64,000 bases of DNA. Source: Planctomycetota bacterium. GTDB taxonomy: Bacteria > Planctomycetota > Planctomycetia > Pirellulales > Pirellulaceae. The stretch is from assembly GCA_018970165.1 (NCBI GenBank), contig JAGWWZ010000002.1, positions 7,085-71,084 of the forward strand. The letters run 5' to 3'. This document shows, piece after piece, positions 1 to 9,616 of this stretch. Position numbers and translations under genes: made by a program. Below the pieces are notes generated by a model. The model ran no database searches. It was not told the DNA's origin and saw only the letters and a list, made by a program, of their open reading frames with translations. Numbering within the stretch: position 1 is the first letter of the stretch; every line of letters starts with the position of its first letter.

Positions 1-2304
1 CGGGATAGCCAAGGGGTTCCGACGATTCACGGCTCACTCCGCACCGATACAGCCTACGGGCTAGGGTTTGTGCATGCGCAAGACCGCTTTTTTCAAATGG
101 ATATCCTGCGGCGTAACTCTGGGGGCCGACTCTCGGAGTTGGTCGGCAAGGCGGCGATTGGACGGGACAAAAGTTTCCGCAAACATCGGTTCCAAGGTTT
201 AGCCGAAAAGGTCATCGAGGCTTTGCCGGAGCGTCAACGCGAAGTTCTTACAGCCTATGCCAAAGGGGTGAACCATGGCCTTCGCGATTTGAAGGCTTTG
301 CCTTTTGAGTATCTTGCCTTGGGCGTTGAGCCCAAGCCATGGTCCGAGAGCGATTCGATCCTTTGCATGATGTCGATGCTTTGTGACTTGCAACCGATGG
401 ATGCGACTCCGGAGTTGGGATTGGGGTATCTCAAGGAGCGAGTGCCCGCAGACGTTTATGAGTTCTTGGTTCGTCCTGCGTCTCAGTGGGATGCGGCCTT
501 GGATGGTTCGATGTATCCACCAGTACCGATTCCTCCCGAGTCGAGTTTCTCGCTTCGCAAGGCGACTGAGGAACCGCAAAAACAAGAGCCTTCACCCGAG
601 GCAGCCAAAACCGCGCAGGCGTCGTTGCCGATTCACGACTTAGAATTCCGAGTCGGCAGCAACAATTGGGCGGTTGCTGGAAAAATCGGTCGCGATGGTA
701 AGGCGATCGTCGCATCGGATATGCATTTGGGTTTGAATGTTCCTACGATCTGGTATCGCGCGATGATGAAGACACCCAGCATCGACGGCACTCTACGTCG
801 TTTGATCGGTGTGACGTTGCCGGGTGCTCCGATCATGGTCGAGGGATCCAATGGTTCAGTCGCTTGGGGGTTCACCAATAGCACCGGCGACTTTGGCGAC
901 GTGATTGAACTCAAGAGTCCCGATGGTGGCAAAGTCACCGATCGTTATATGACTCCCGAGGGCCCCAAAGAATTGGAAAGCATCACCGAAGAGATCACGT
1001 TTCCAGACGGGAGCGAAACTTATGAGTACCAATGGTCGATCTGGGGACCGGTGGTTGAGAATCGGGACGGCAAAGTATTCGTCCACAAGTGGATCGGCAA
1101 TGATCCATCCGCTTTCGATATGAACCTGATGGAGTTCGAGTCAGCGAGGAATGTCGAGCAACTGATGGAGTTGGCCAATCGCGCCGGGATGCCGAACCAG
1201 AATGTGATGATGGCCGATGCTGATGGGAATATTGGCTGGACGATATCGGGACGCGTTCCCAAACGGGTCGGTCCGCCACCCAATACTCCGGTCGATTGGT
1301 CGCAGGGTGGCCAGTGGCTCGGTTATCTCGCGCCGTCCGAACATCCTCGCGCGTACAATCCGGCCGATGGTCGTTTGTGGACCGCCAACAACCGGATCCA
1401 GGGAGATTACTTTTTAAGTGTGATTGGCGATGGTCGTTACGACCTAGGTGCACGGGCGCGCCAAATCCGCGATCGACTCTATGAGAAGGAGTCGCACGAT
1501 GAAGAGTCTCTCTTGGCGATTCAATTGGACGACGAAGCCAAATTCCTCCGTCCTTGGAAGGAGCGATTGCTGACGATTGCCGACCGCAGTCCGCAACCGG
1601 TGTCCAGCGAACTGGTTCGTTTCGTGAAAACTTCCAGCGATCATGCGACCGCTGATGCAGTTGGATATCGCATCGTGCATGAGTTCCGAGCGCAGGTCAT
1701 ATCTCGAATCTTCGGCACCTCCGGTTCACGCCGCGATGCTAAGCGATCCAGCGATCCGCGAGGATTAGCGAGCCTCCTACCGGACAAACCCTACGTGGCG
1801 ATGTCTTTCGAAGATGTTGCCGAGCAATTATTGACAGAGCGACCGATGCATTGGCTCCCGGCTGAGTTTGCAACATGGGATGCACTGCTCGCCGATGCGG
1901 CCAAGGGAACCGAGGAAACGCTGACTAAAGATCAACCGTTGTCCGAAGCCCGTTGGGGAGTTCGCAACCGCGCCGTAATTCGGCATCCGCTTGCCGCTGC
2001 TGTTCCGGCTCTCAGCCAAGTACTCAATATGACCGGTTATGAATTGGCGGGAGATAATCACATGCCCCGCGTGCAAGGTCCATCCAACGGAGCATCGGAA
2101 CGCCTCGTCGTTTCACCTGGCCAAGAAGAACTCGGGATCTATCATCAACCCGGCGGCCAATCCGGACACCCATTTTCTCCCTTCTTCAGCAAGGGGTACG
2201 AAGATTGGGTATTCGGTAACCCTTCGCCGCTCCTGCCCGGCAAAACGAAACATCAACTTCTGCTGCTCGCTAAGAACGGCCCTAAGAACGAATCGGGTAA
2301 CTGA
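1..2304 (+). CDS. penicillin acylase family Ntn-hydrolase (possible acyl-homoserine-lactone/penicillin amidase); 5' end lies outside the window
   Basis: Frame 1 is open from base 1 (RDSQGVPTIHG..GLGFVHAQDRFFQMD, the family N-terminal signature). An internal GSNNWAV matches the autoproteolytic Ser nucleophile at the start of the beta subunit. Stop at 2302-2304. Confidence 0.8.
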   Translation, partial: RDSQGVPTIHGSLRTDTAYGLGFVHAQDRFFQMDILRRNSGGRLSELVGKAAIGRDKSFRKHRFQGLAEKVIEALPERQREVLTAYAKGVNHGLRDLKALPFEYLALGVEPKPWSESDSILCMMSMLCDLQPMDATPELGLGYLKERVPADVYEFLVRPASQWDAALDGSMYPPVPIPPESSFSLRKATEEPQKQEPSPEAAKTAQASLPIHDLEFRVGSNNWAVAGKIGRDGKAIVASDMHLGLNVPTIWYRAMMKTPSIDGTLRRLIGVTLPGAPIMVEGSNGSVAWGFTNSTGDFGDVIELKSPDGGKVTDRYMTPEGPKELESITEEITFPDGSETYEYQWSIWGPVVENRDGKVFVHKWIGNDPSAFDMNLMEFESARNVEQLMELANRAGMPNQNVMMADADGNIGWTISGRVPKRVGPPPNTPVDWSQGGQWLGYLAPSEHPRAYNPADGRLWTANNRIQGDYFLSVIGDGRYDLGARARQIRDRLYEKESHDEESLLAIQLDDEAKFLRPWKERLLTIADRSPQPVSSELVRFVKTSSDHATADAVGYRIVHEFRAQVISRIFGTSGSRRDAKRSSDPRGLASLLPDKPYVAMSFEDVAEQLLTERPMHWLPAEFATWDALLADAAKGTEETLTKDQPLSEARWGVRNRAVIRHPLAAAVPALSQVLNMTGYELAGDNHMPRVQGPSNGASERLVVSPGQEELGIYHQPGGQSGHPFSPFFSKGYEDWVFGNPSPLLPGKTKHQLLLLAKNGPKNESGN

Positions 2305-2305
2305 G

Positions 2306-2953
2306 ATGCTCGCTCCGATTGTATTGACCATCTTATCGCTCGGTGATTCCTACACGATCGGCGAAGGGGTCAAGCCCGAGGAGCGTTGGCCCATACAACT
2401 TGCCCACGCGATGCGTTCGGTGGGACTGGAGTTAGGCGAGCCACAAATCATCGCACGCACGGGTTGGACAACGGACGAATTGAAGAAAGGGATCGAAGAG
2501 TCCAAGGTTGAGACTCGATACGATTGGGTCACCCTCCTCATCGGTGTCAACAATCAGTACCGAGGTCGAAGCGCCGACGAGTATCGCAATGAACTGCGTG
2601 GGCAACTCGAGTATGCGATCGAGAAAGCGGGCTCCAACCCAAAACGCGTGATTGTCCTGAGTATTCCCGATTGGGGCGTGACCCCTTTCGCTAAGGAGAA
2701 AGGAAAAGATCCAGCAAAGATCGCCCGAGAAATCGACATATACAACCGCGTGAAAAAGGAAGAGGCCGAGCGACTCGGAGTTCACTTCGTCGACATCACC
2801 GACATCTCGCGCGAAGCGGGGCTCGAGGATAGCAAGCTGCCTGCAGAGCAACGCTTGTTGGCGGACGACGGGCTCCATCCCTCGGGAATCATGTACAAGC
2901 GATGGGTCGAACGAGTCATTCCCATCATTCGCAAAGAACATGGACTGAAGTAA
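2306..2953 (+). CDS. SGNH/GDSL family hydrolase
   Basis: ATG at 2306, 1 nt after the upstream stop. Block I LSLGDSYTIG, block III IGVNNQ and block V DGLHPS are present. The longer ORF from 2039 overlaps the acylase gene and was trimmed. Confidence 0.75.
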   Translation: MLAPIVLTILSLGDSYTIGEGVKPEERWPIQLAHAMRSVGLELGEPQIIARTGWTTDELKKGIEESKVETRYDWVTLLIGVNNQYRGRSADEYRNELRGQLEYAIEKAGSNPKRVIVLSIPDWGVTPFAKEKGKDPAKIAREIDIYNRVKKEEAERLGVHFVDITDISREAGLEDSKLPAEQRLLADDGLHPSGIMYKRWVERVIPIIRKEHGLK

Positions 2954-2968
2954 GTTTGCGCTGCGGTC

Positions 2969-4195
2969 TTACGTAACCCCCTGTCGTTCTCTTGGATAAT
3001 GCAGATGTTGACGCTGCTCCAGTACGTTGACCAACGCATCGACTGCCCGGTCGAGTTCGTCGTATGTGGTGTATAGGGGTGTGATGCCGAAGCGGATGGT
3101 GTCGGGTTGGCGAAAGTCGGGAATCACCATGTGCTCATGGATTAGGGCCTGCGTGATTGGCCAAGCATGTTCATGTTGCAGCGAAACGTGGGACCCACGA
3201 TAGATTGGATCGCGCGGAGTTTGCAATCGGTAACCCCTTGGAAGCAAACGAACATCGTATTGCTCGATGAGATACTCCGTCATACCGAGCGATCGGGATC
3301 GCAACCAAGAGATCCCAGCTTCGAGAACCAGATCCACCCCCGGCTCGATCGCGGCCATCGACAGGATTGGTGGTGTTCCGACTAGGAATCGTTGCACTCC
3401 CGTCGCTGGAGAGTAGTCCTCACCGAAATCAAATGGGCGAGCGGCACCGAACCATCCTTGAATCGGATTGCACACGACATCTTGTAAATCGGAACGGACA
3501 TAAAGAAACGCCGGTGCTCCTGGCCCCCCGTTGAGATACTTGTACGTGCAACCCACCGCGCCATAGGCACCACTTTTTTCGATATCGATGGGCATCGCAC
3601 CAACGGAATGGCTGATATCCCACAGCATTGCGGCCCCTCGATCCTGGACCAACCGCGTGATGCGAGCCAGATCCAAGGCCATGCCGCTCTTGTAGTGAAC
3701 ATGCGAGAGGGATACCAAGCCGACATCATCGCTCAACGCATCGGCAATACGATCGATTGCATACTCGGGAGGTACATCATCAAGGCAGATTCGTCGCAGT
3801 TCACCGTCTTGAGATGCATCCAATGCAAGTCCCTGCAGAATGTATTGGTCCGTTGGGAAATTGGATCGATCGGTAAGGATCACTTGTCGGGATCGATCGC
3901 GATGGAGAAACCCCTTAGCAAGTTTGTACAAATTGACCGATGTCGAGTCGCAGACGATGGTGGTTCCGGCCGACGCGCCGATGATGCGTCCGATCTTGTC
4001 TCCGATGCGAGTGGACAATGCGAGCCAATGCTTGTTCCACGAGCCGATCAGTTCGGATCCCCATTGCTGCTGCAGGACCTGTGGCACTAGTTCCGCGGTC
4101 CGTTTAGGAAGTCGACCGAGAGAGTTTCCATCGAGATAAATGATCGACGGATCAGAAACAACAAATCGATCGCGGTAGATGGCTTCGTCTCTCAA
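2969..4195 (-). CDS. kynU: kynureninase-like PLP-dependent enzyme (aminotransferase class V fold)
   Basis: DISHSVGAMP...GCTYKYLNGGPGAPAF matches the kynureninase PLP-lysine region. The length of about 408 aa fits. The annotated start is TTG and overlaps the upstream stop (TTGA). Confidence 0.65.
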   Translation of the reverse strand: MRDEAIYRDRFVVSDPSIIYLDGNSLGRLPKRTAELVPQVLQQQWGSELIGSWNKHWLALSTRIGDKIGRIIGASAGTTIVCDSTSVNLYKLAKGFLHRDRSRQVILTDRSNFPTDQYILQGLALDASQDGELRRICLDDVPPEYAIDRIADALSDDVGLVSLSHVHYKSGMALDLARITRLVQDRGAAMLWDISHSVGAMPIDIEKSGAYGAVGCTYKYLNGGPGAPAFLYVRSDLQDVVCNPIQGWFGAARPFDFGEDYSPATGVQRFLVGTPPILSMAAIEPGVDLVLEAGISWLRSRSLGMTEYLIEQYDVRLLPRGYRLQTPRDPIYRGSHVSLQHEHAWPITQALIHEHMVIPDFRQPDTIRFGITPLYTTYDELDRAVDALVNVLEQRQHLHYPRERQGVT

Positions 4196-6699
4196 CGGCC
4201 TGTCTCCGACGTGTTCGGAAGGGTCGTATCGGTGGTCAGGAACTGGAGCAGATCTCGCATTTCTTCCAAAGTCATTTGGTCGGCTAGTCCATGAGGCATC
4301 AAGGAACTGGTCAATTGTTTGCGAGCGGCGATTTGCGTTTTTTGGAATCTTACTTCTTCGCCGAATGTGTCGCGATATATCTCATAGCCTGCGGAACGGA
4401 GCAGGATGCCGGTAAATGTACCACCCTCCTCCAATTCGAGAAGCGTCGCGTAGTATTGAGGAGCGACATCGCGGTTAGGTTCTATGATTGACTGAAGGAG
4501 TTGCTCGCGCGTCCCCTGACGAGCGACGAGCGTAAGATCGGGCCCTACGACTCCACCGCGACCATCGTACCGATGGCACTGACTGCACGCGATCGAGCCT
4601 GTGTGAAAGAAGACTCGCCGTCCAGCGTCCGCGCTGGCAACACCCGGCAATCGATCGATCGCTTCCAAAAGTTGGGAGGTATTCTCCCATTTGACCGGAT
4701 GCAAGTTCGCACGACCGAGAAGCACTCGCGATGCTTCGGCTCGCACTTGCGGTGCCTCGTCGCGCTCCAAGGATTCGATTGCTTGTCGTTGTTCCGATGT
4801 CGATCGACCGACCAGGCCGGCCAACGCTTCGGCCCGAATGTTCTCCGCGCGCTGCGCATGGTTTGCAATTTGAAGCAGGATACTCGGTATTGTCTCCGAC
4901 TTTTTCATCGAGATTGTGCGAACGATTTCCAGAGCGAGATCGGGACCTATCGGACCCTCCGCACCTGGGTTGTCGAGCATGCCGACCAAAATCTCGTCCG
5001 TCAGTTTAGGATGATTCGGAGGAATCAATCGCAGGGCATATCGTTTGACTCCCGGGCTGACCTTCGGATCCAAAACACGAGCGATCCATGGTTCGGCATC
5101 GGTGATCCCGGCGCTTGGTTTCCCACGAAGGGTGTTCGAGGTCGCAACCACCGCTTCAAAGAGTCGATAGGACAGATCCGATTGTTCGAGCATCGCTTCG
5201 ACTTGTGGCAGGTACTGGGTGAACACCGCATCGGAAATCCATCGCAGGCATTCGAAACGGATTTCCGGATCGGGATCGCTCCAGAACAAATCGACCCAGC
5301 GCCGATCGTTTAGGTGATCGCGACGAAGGGAAACGAGAGCCCATACACGTTCCTCACTTGAGAGTTCTTGAAACCGCTCGGGTGACCAATGTTGCACGAT
5401 TCCGCCAAGAGCGGATAAGGCCGCATCGGATAAATAACGATCGGTACCTCGAATCTGTTCGAAGAGTTTGTTCGTAGGAACCTGGACTTTTCCATCGCGT
5501 AGATCGTTGGCATGTAGCGCGAGTGCGGTTGGCTCAGTTCGTTTTGTCTGAATCCAAGTTGCTGTTTTTGGGTCGATAGTCATTTTCCAAATGCGACCCA
5601 TGCCATTCACTTCGTAGGATTCCGATCCCCAGTCGGCGATATAGAAGTCTCCGTTGGGACCGCGAGCCATACCGACGGGTCGAAACGCTTGATGGCCTCG
5701 GATCAATCGTTGGCGTTCCGATACAAGGCTGGCACCTTTCCAATGAAGCGGGTAGTAATCGATGGTTCGATCGGACCAGGAGGGGATCATTACTCCACCG
5801 CCGAGTTCGACGACAGCGCAGGGGCCTTCGCCACACGCAGTGACCATCCCGAGGGTTCCGCGCAGTTCACCGTTCCATGCAACGAAGGGATGGACCGGAG
5901 CGCTACCGTAGACGTACTGAAAACCGTAGTCCGCTCCCTCGACCACATGCAACAGGCGGCATGGAGGTCGATCGCCGGGATCGTTGTCGGCAGCGAGGAT
6001 CACTCCGTCATCGCGCACATACATTCCGAATGGATTCCAGAATCCACGGGCTATGCGCCTGAGCGATTTGCCATCTGACGAACATCGGAATACTCCTCCT
6101 TCACCCCGTCCCAGAACCTTTGAATCATCGCGCGCGGTGAGAGTCCAATCCTTGCCGAAGTTCTCCCCCAATGAGAAAACGAGGTCGCCATCGGGATGCC
6201 ATGCTAGGCCACTGAGACCATTGTGCGGATAGTCCGCGATGGTGTCCAAGGTCGCAATGTTCTCTTCCAGGTCGGCGACTCCATCGCTATCGGTATCGCG
6301 CACGCGGAGAATGCGATCGCGCTGCGCGAGATAGACCCAGTGGTCGGGGCCCAACAAAACTTGCATCGTCGTCCGAGTCCGATTGTAGAACACTCTGCGA
6401 TTGGAGCCATCGGCATCGAAGACGAGGACCTCGTCGAATTCGGGCCCCACGTAGTTGGCGGGGCGAAAGTGGGTGTGACATGCGATGGCGTAGATGCGTC
6501 CATCAGCATCGACATCGATTCCGGTGGGTGTCGCGATCTGCGGGGCATCGACGATCATCTCCAATCGAACTCCAGGAGCTTCGGCAACGGGAGCGTCCGC
6601 TTTTGGAGAATCAGCGGAGAGAGGATACGCAGGCAAGAGAAAGAACAGCATCCACACGGGGAAGATCAAAACGGGGATGAGAGGACGATAGGAGTACAT
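4192..6699 (-). CDS. PVC-type heme-binding CxxCH protein with membrane-bound-dehydrogenase-like domain and HEAT-like repeats
   Basis: N-terminal signal/TM (LIPVLIFPVWMLFFLLPAYPLSA), a beta-propeller-like dehydrogenase region, helical repeats, and a C-terminal cytochrome c domain with CSQCH. This architecture is typical of Planctomycetota. Confidence 0.7.
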   Translation of the reverse strand: MYSYRPLIPVLIFPVWMLFFLLPAYPLSADSPKADAPVAEAPGVRLEMIVDAPQIATPTGIDVDADGRIYAIACHTHFRPANYVGPEFDEVLVFDADGSNRRVFYNRTRTTMQVLLGPDHWVYLAQRDRILRVRDTDSDGVADLEENIATLDTIADYPHNGLSGLAWHPDGDLVFSLGENFGKDWTLTARDDSKVLGRGEGGVFRCSSDGKSLRRIARGFWNPFGMYVRDDGVILAADNDPGDRPPCRLLHVVEGADYGFQYVYGSAPVHPFVAWNGELRGTLGMVTACGEGPCAVVELGGGVMIPSWSDRTIDYYPLHWKGASLVSERQRLIRGHQAFRPVGMARGPNGDFYIADWGSESYEVNGMGRIWKMTIDPKTATWIQTKRTEPTALALHANDLRDGKVQVPTNKLFEQIRGTDRYLSDAALSALGGIVQHWSPERFQELSSEERVWALVSLRRDHLNDRRWVDLFWSDPDPEIRFECLRWISDAVFTQYLPQVEAMLEQSDLSYRLFEAVVATSNTLRGKPSAGITDAEPWIARVLDPKVSPGVKRYALRLIPPNHPKLTDEILVGMLDNPGAEGPIGPDLALEIVRTISMKKSETIPSILLQIANHAQRAENIRAEALAGLVGRSTSEQRQAIESLERDEAPQVRAEASRVLLGRANLHPVKWENTSQLLEAIDRLPGVASADAGRRVFFHTGSIACSQCHRYDGRGGVVGPDLTLVARQGTREQLLQSIIEPNRDVAPQYYATLLELEEGGTFTGILLRSAGYEIYRDTFGEEVRFQKTQIAARKQLTSSLMPHGLADQMTLEEMRDLLQFLTTDTTLPNTSETGR

Positions 6700-6873
6700 A
6701 ATGGACGATGGATTCGCTGGTTGCAGGAAGGCGATTCGGCGGCTACACGTTACCCACCCAATTTACTCATCCAGTTTACCCATGTAGGGCGGTGGACCGC
6801 TACCTAGCAAATACCTCAACTTGAGAGGGTCATCCTCGGCAAAGCGAACTCAATGGCAGGATGTGCAAGTCTC

Positions 6874-8832
6874 TCAGACATTTGGAAGAACCGGAGGCAT
6901 GGGACACCCTAGAGCGTCGGAGATGACCCGCAACAGTTCGACTTCATTGATGGTAGCCCGTTGATCGAAAGCGATGCATTCCGAGAATGCGGTCAGCATG
7001 GCCCGTTTTGCGGTGGGATGCGTCACATGAAGCAGATCGAGAGATTTATCCAGGCGGGACAGCGTGCACTGATCCTTGCTGAGCAATGGGATAAATCGCG
7101 GTCCTTTGCTCCAGGATTTCCAACCGGCTTCATATGCCGAATCGGCATGCGCGTTGCCGCCGAGGTGTGCTAGGGTGGAGAGGACGGTTTGAAACGCCGC
7201 TACTTGCTGTTCCTGCGATGGTTGGGAGACAGGTTTCGGTGCATCGGAGCGGAGGATCAATCGCCGTGCGATGAAACGCTGCAGTGCGTACTCGAAGATG
7301 GTCCAACGGTTGTCGGCTTCAATCAAGCTGCGAACAGCGGTCCGAAGAGTCCCGACTTGCGAGTCCGACAATTGATCCAGCGCCGGAAGTGCCATACAAG
7401 CCAAGGGTAGTCGTTGTTCGACTTCGAGATTATCCGCCATATCCACGATGCGCAACACTTCATCGCGCACCGGTGACCCGTGATATTGATGGATGATATT
7501 GAGTTGGGTAGCGCGTGTTTCCGAGGAAGGGGGTGCGAGCAAGAGGGCATAAACAACCGCGACAGCTCCCATCGGATCGTGAACTTCGCTCACCAGGAGC
7601 GGTTGCATTTCACGGACCAAATGCTGCGCATGATCGATATGTTCTTCAACCGGATTGCCAACGTGGCTAATAGCATTAGAGGGTTTCGCCTCAAATTGCT
7701 GCACACCTGCGAGAGCAGCGACGTGCGATGAAGCAGGATTTTGCCGACGGAGCTTGAGCGTATTTGGATCGCGGATATCGGCTTCGCTGTGCGCAGTGGT
7801 AGTGGTACTCGTGAAGGTACCAGTGAAGGTAGGTTCGATCCGGCGAATTCGCGTCTCCAAAGGTGGGTGGGTGGCAAACCAAAGGGACGCGACTCCTTGA
7901 CCGAAGAACATGTGGCTGGCTTCTTTGGCGTATACCGACTTCAAACGGGATTTCTGTTTCCATCCGCCGATGCGTTTGAGAGCGTCTGCGATGCCGGAGG
8001 GATTGCGTGTGAACTGGACAGCGGAAGCATCGGCAAGGAATTCTCGTTGCCTGGAAACCGCGGATTGAATCAAGCTGGCGAAAAACACCCCGATGTAGCC
8101 GATCGCTATCAGGACCATGCTGGTAACGAATAGCGCGACCACGACGGCGATGATTCCCTTGGCATCATCGCTGTTGCGAGACGAGGAACGAATAGGGATC
8201 TCCACGAGTATTCGGAAAATGACATACCCGATCATCGCGATCAGCAGAATGCCGAACAGCAATCCGATCATGCGAAGATTCATCCTCATGTCGCCATTGA
8301 GAATGTGGCTGAATTCGTGTGCGATCACCCCTTGGAGTTCGTCTCGCGAGAGTGTTTTCAGACAACCGCGGGTAACACCGATCACCGCATTTTGAGGAGA
8401 GGTCCCGGCGGCGAAGGCATTGATCCCTTCCTCTTCGAGGATATATACGGGAGGGACGGGTGTGCCCGAAGCGATCGCCATCTCCTCAACGACGTTCAAT
8501 AGGACCCGTTCGTCGAGATCGCGACTGTTGGGTTGAACCTTGCGCCCTCCGAGTTCAACCGCGACGCGATTGCCATCGCCGCCGAGTTGGATTGTTTTGT
8601 AGAGGGAGCCTCCGAGGATGACAGCGAGGACGGAGCCGATGACTCCGATGAGGATACGAGGATGAAACGTATAAAAATCGATCGGCTGTTCATGACCTCG
8701 GGTGATCGAATGCGCAACGCCTGCCACGGCCAGGTAAACCAGGGTAATGATGGCCAGGATGGTGATCGTGAAGTAGATGATCAGCCATACGGTATTGCGT
8801 CGAGCGCGTGATTGGTGCGCGAAAAAGTCCAC
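6874..8832 (-). CDS. M48 family (HtpX-like) zinc metalloprotease with about 300-aa C-terminal extension
   Basis: HEFSHILNGD (HExxH) lies between transmembrane segments. GTG start. Located directly downstream of a LemA gene. Confidence 0.75.
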   Translation of the reverse strand: MDFFAHQSRARRNTVWLIIYFTITILAIITLVYLAVAGVAHSITRGHEQPIDFYTFHPRILIGVIGSVLAVILGGSLYKTIQLGGDGNRVAVELGGRKVQPNSRDLDERVLLNVVEEMAIASGTPVPPVYILEEEGINAFAAGTSPQNAVIGVTRGCLKTLSRDELQGVIAHEFSHILNGDMRMNLRMIGLLFGILLIAMIGYVIFRILVEIPIRSSSRNSDDAKGIIAVVVALFVTSMVLIAIGYIGVFFASLIQSAVSRQREFLADASAVQFTRNPSGIADALKRIGGWKQKSRLKSVYAKEASHMFFGQGVASLWFATHPPLETRIRRIEPTFTGTFTSTTTTAHSEADIRDPNTLKLRRQNPASSHVAALAGVQQFEAKPSNAISHVGNPVEEHIDHAQHLVREMQPLLVSEVHDPMGAVAVVYALLLAPPSSETRATQLNIIHQYHGSPVRDEVLRIVDMADNLEVEQRLPLACMALPALDQLSDSQVGTLRTAVRSLIEADNRWTIFEYALQRFIARRLILRSDAPKPVSQPSQEQQVAAFQTVLSTLAHLGGNAHADSAYEAGWKSWSKGPRFIPLLSKDQCTLSRLDKSLDLLHVTHPTAKRAMLTAFSECIAFDQRATINEVELLRVISDALGCPMPPVLPNV

Positions 8833-8856
8833 GGTAATGAATCCGTTGGGTGGTGC

Positions 8857-9456
8857 CTAGAACTTGACTTGCACAGGTTCGCGCTGAGCGGTGTCGGTCA
8901 GTTCCCACAAGGCCGCCCTTTGGAAGTTGCCAAAGCCCGCCACGAGATTGCTTGGAAACGATTCGCATGCAGTGTTGTAGTGCATGACGGCATCGTTGAA
9001 AGCTTGCCTCGCGAAAGAGATCTTGTTTTCGGTGCTGGTCAGTTCTTCTTGGAGAGCAAGCATATTTTGATTGGCCTTCAAGTCAGGATAGGCTTCTGCC
9101 AAACCGATGAAGCGATTGAGCGAGCCTGCCAAGGCCACTTCTGCCGTAGAAAGATTCGAGATCGCGGTTGGGTCGCCCGGGTTGGAGGCTGCTCGTTGCC
9201 CAGCTGCCATGGCGGTGTTGCGAGCTTGGATCACCGCTTCGAGGGTCTCCTTTTCATGGGACATGTAGCCCTTGGCTGTTTCTACGAGGTTTGGAATTAA
9301 GTCGTAGCGGCGTTTGAGCTGGACATCGATTTGAGCGAAGGCGTTTTGGAATCGATTCTTCAATGCCACTAGGTTGTTGTACAAGCCAACGAGGTAGAGA
9401 AGGAAAAGAACAACGAAAGCCCCAACGGCAAGCAATCCAACGACAAATCCGGTCAT
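8857..9456 (-). CDS. lemA: LemA family membrane protein
   Basis: N-terminal TM followed by YNNLVALKNRFQNAFAQIDVQLKRRYDLIPNLVETAKGYMSHEKETLEAV, the LemA signature region. Confidence 0.85.
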   Translation of the reverse strand: MTGFVVGLLAVGAFVVLFLLYLVGLYNNLVALKNRFQNAFAQIDVQLKRRYDLIPNLVETAKGYMSHEKETLEAVIQARNTAMAAGQRAASNPGDPTAISNLSTAEVALAGSLNRFIGLAEAYPDLKANQNMLALQEELTSTENKISFARQAFNDAVMHYNTACESFPSNLVAGFGNFQRAALWELTDTAQREPVQVKF

Positions 9457-9616
9457 ACCCGATACCCTTAGCTCAGTCTAAATGGGATGCAAAACAGCTT
9501 CACTGCACAACTCAAAGCGATCGAAGTGATCGTAATGGATTCCGGTGCGACTGTCGATCAGGCCGATTCCCAAATGAGCGAGGGCGCTGGCTCCGAAAAA
9601 AAGAAGTTTTTGTTGG

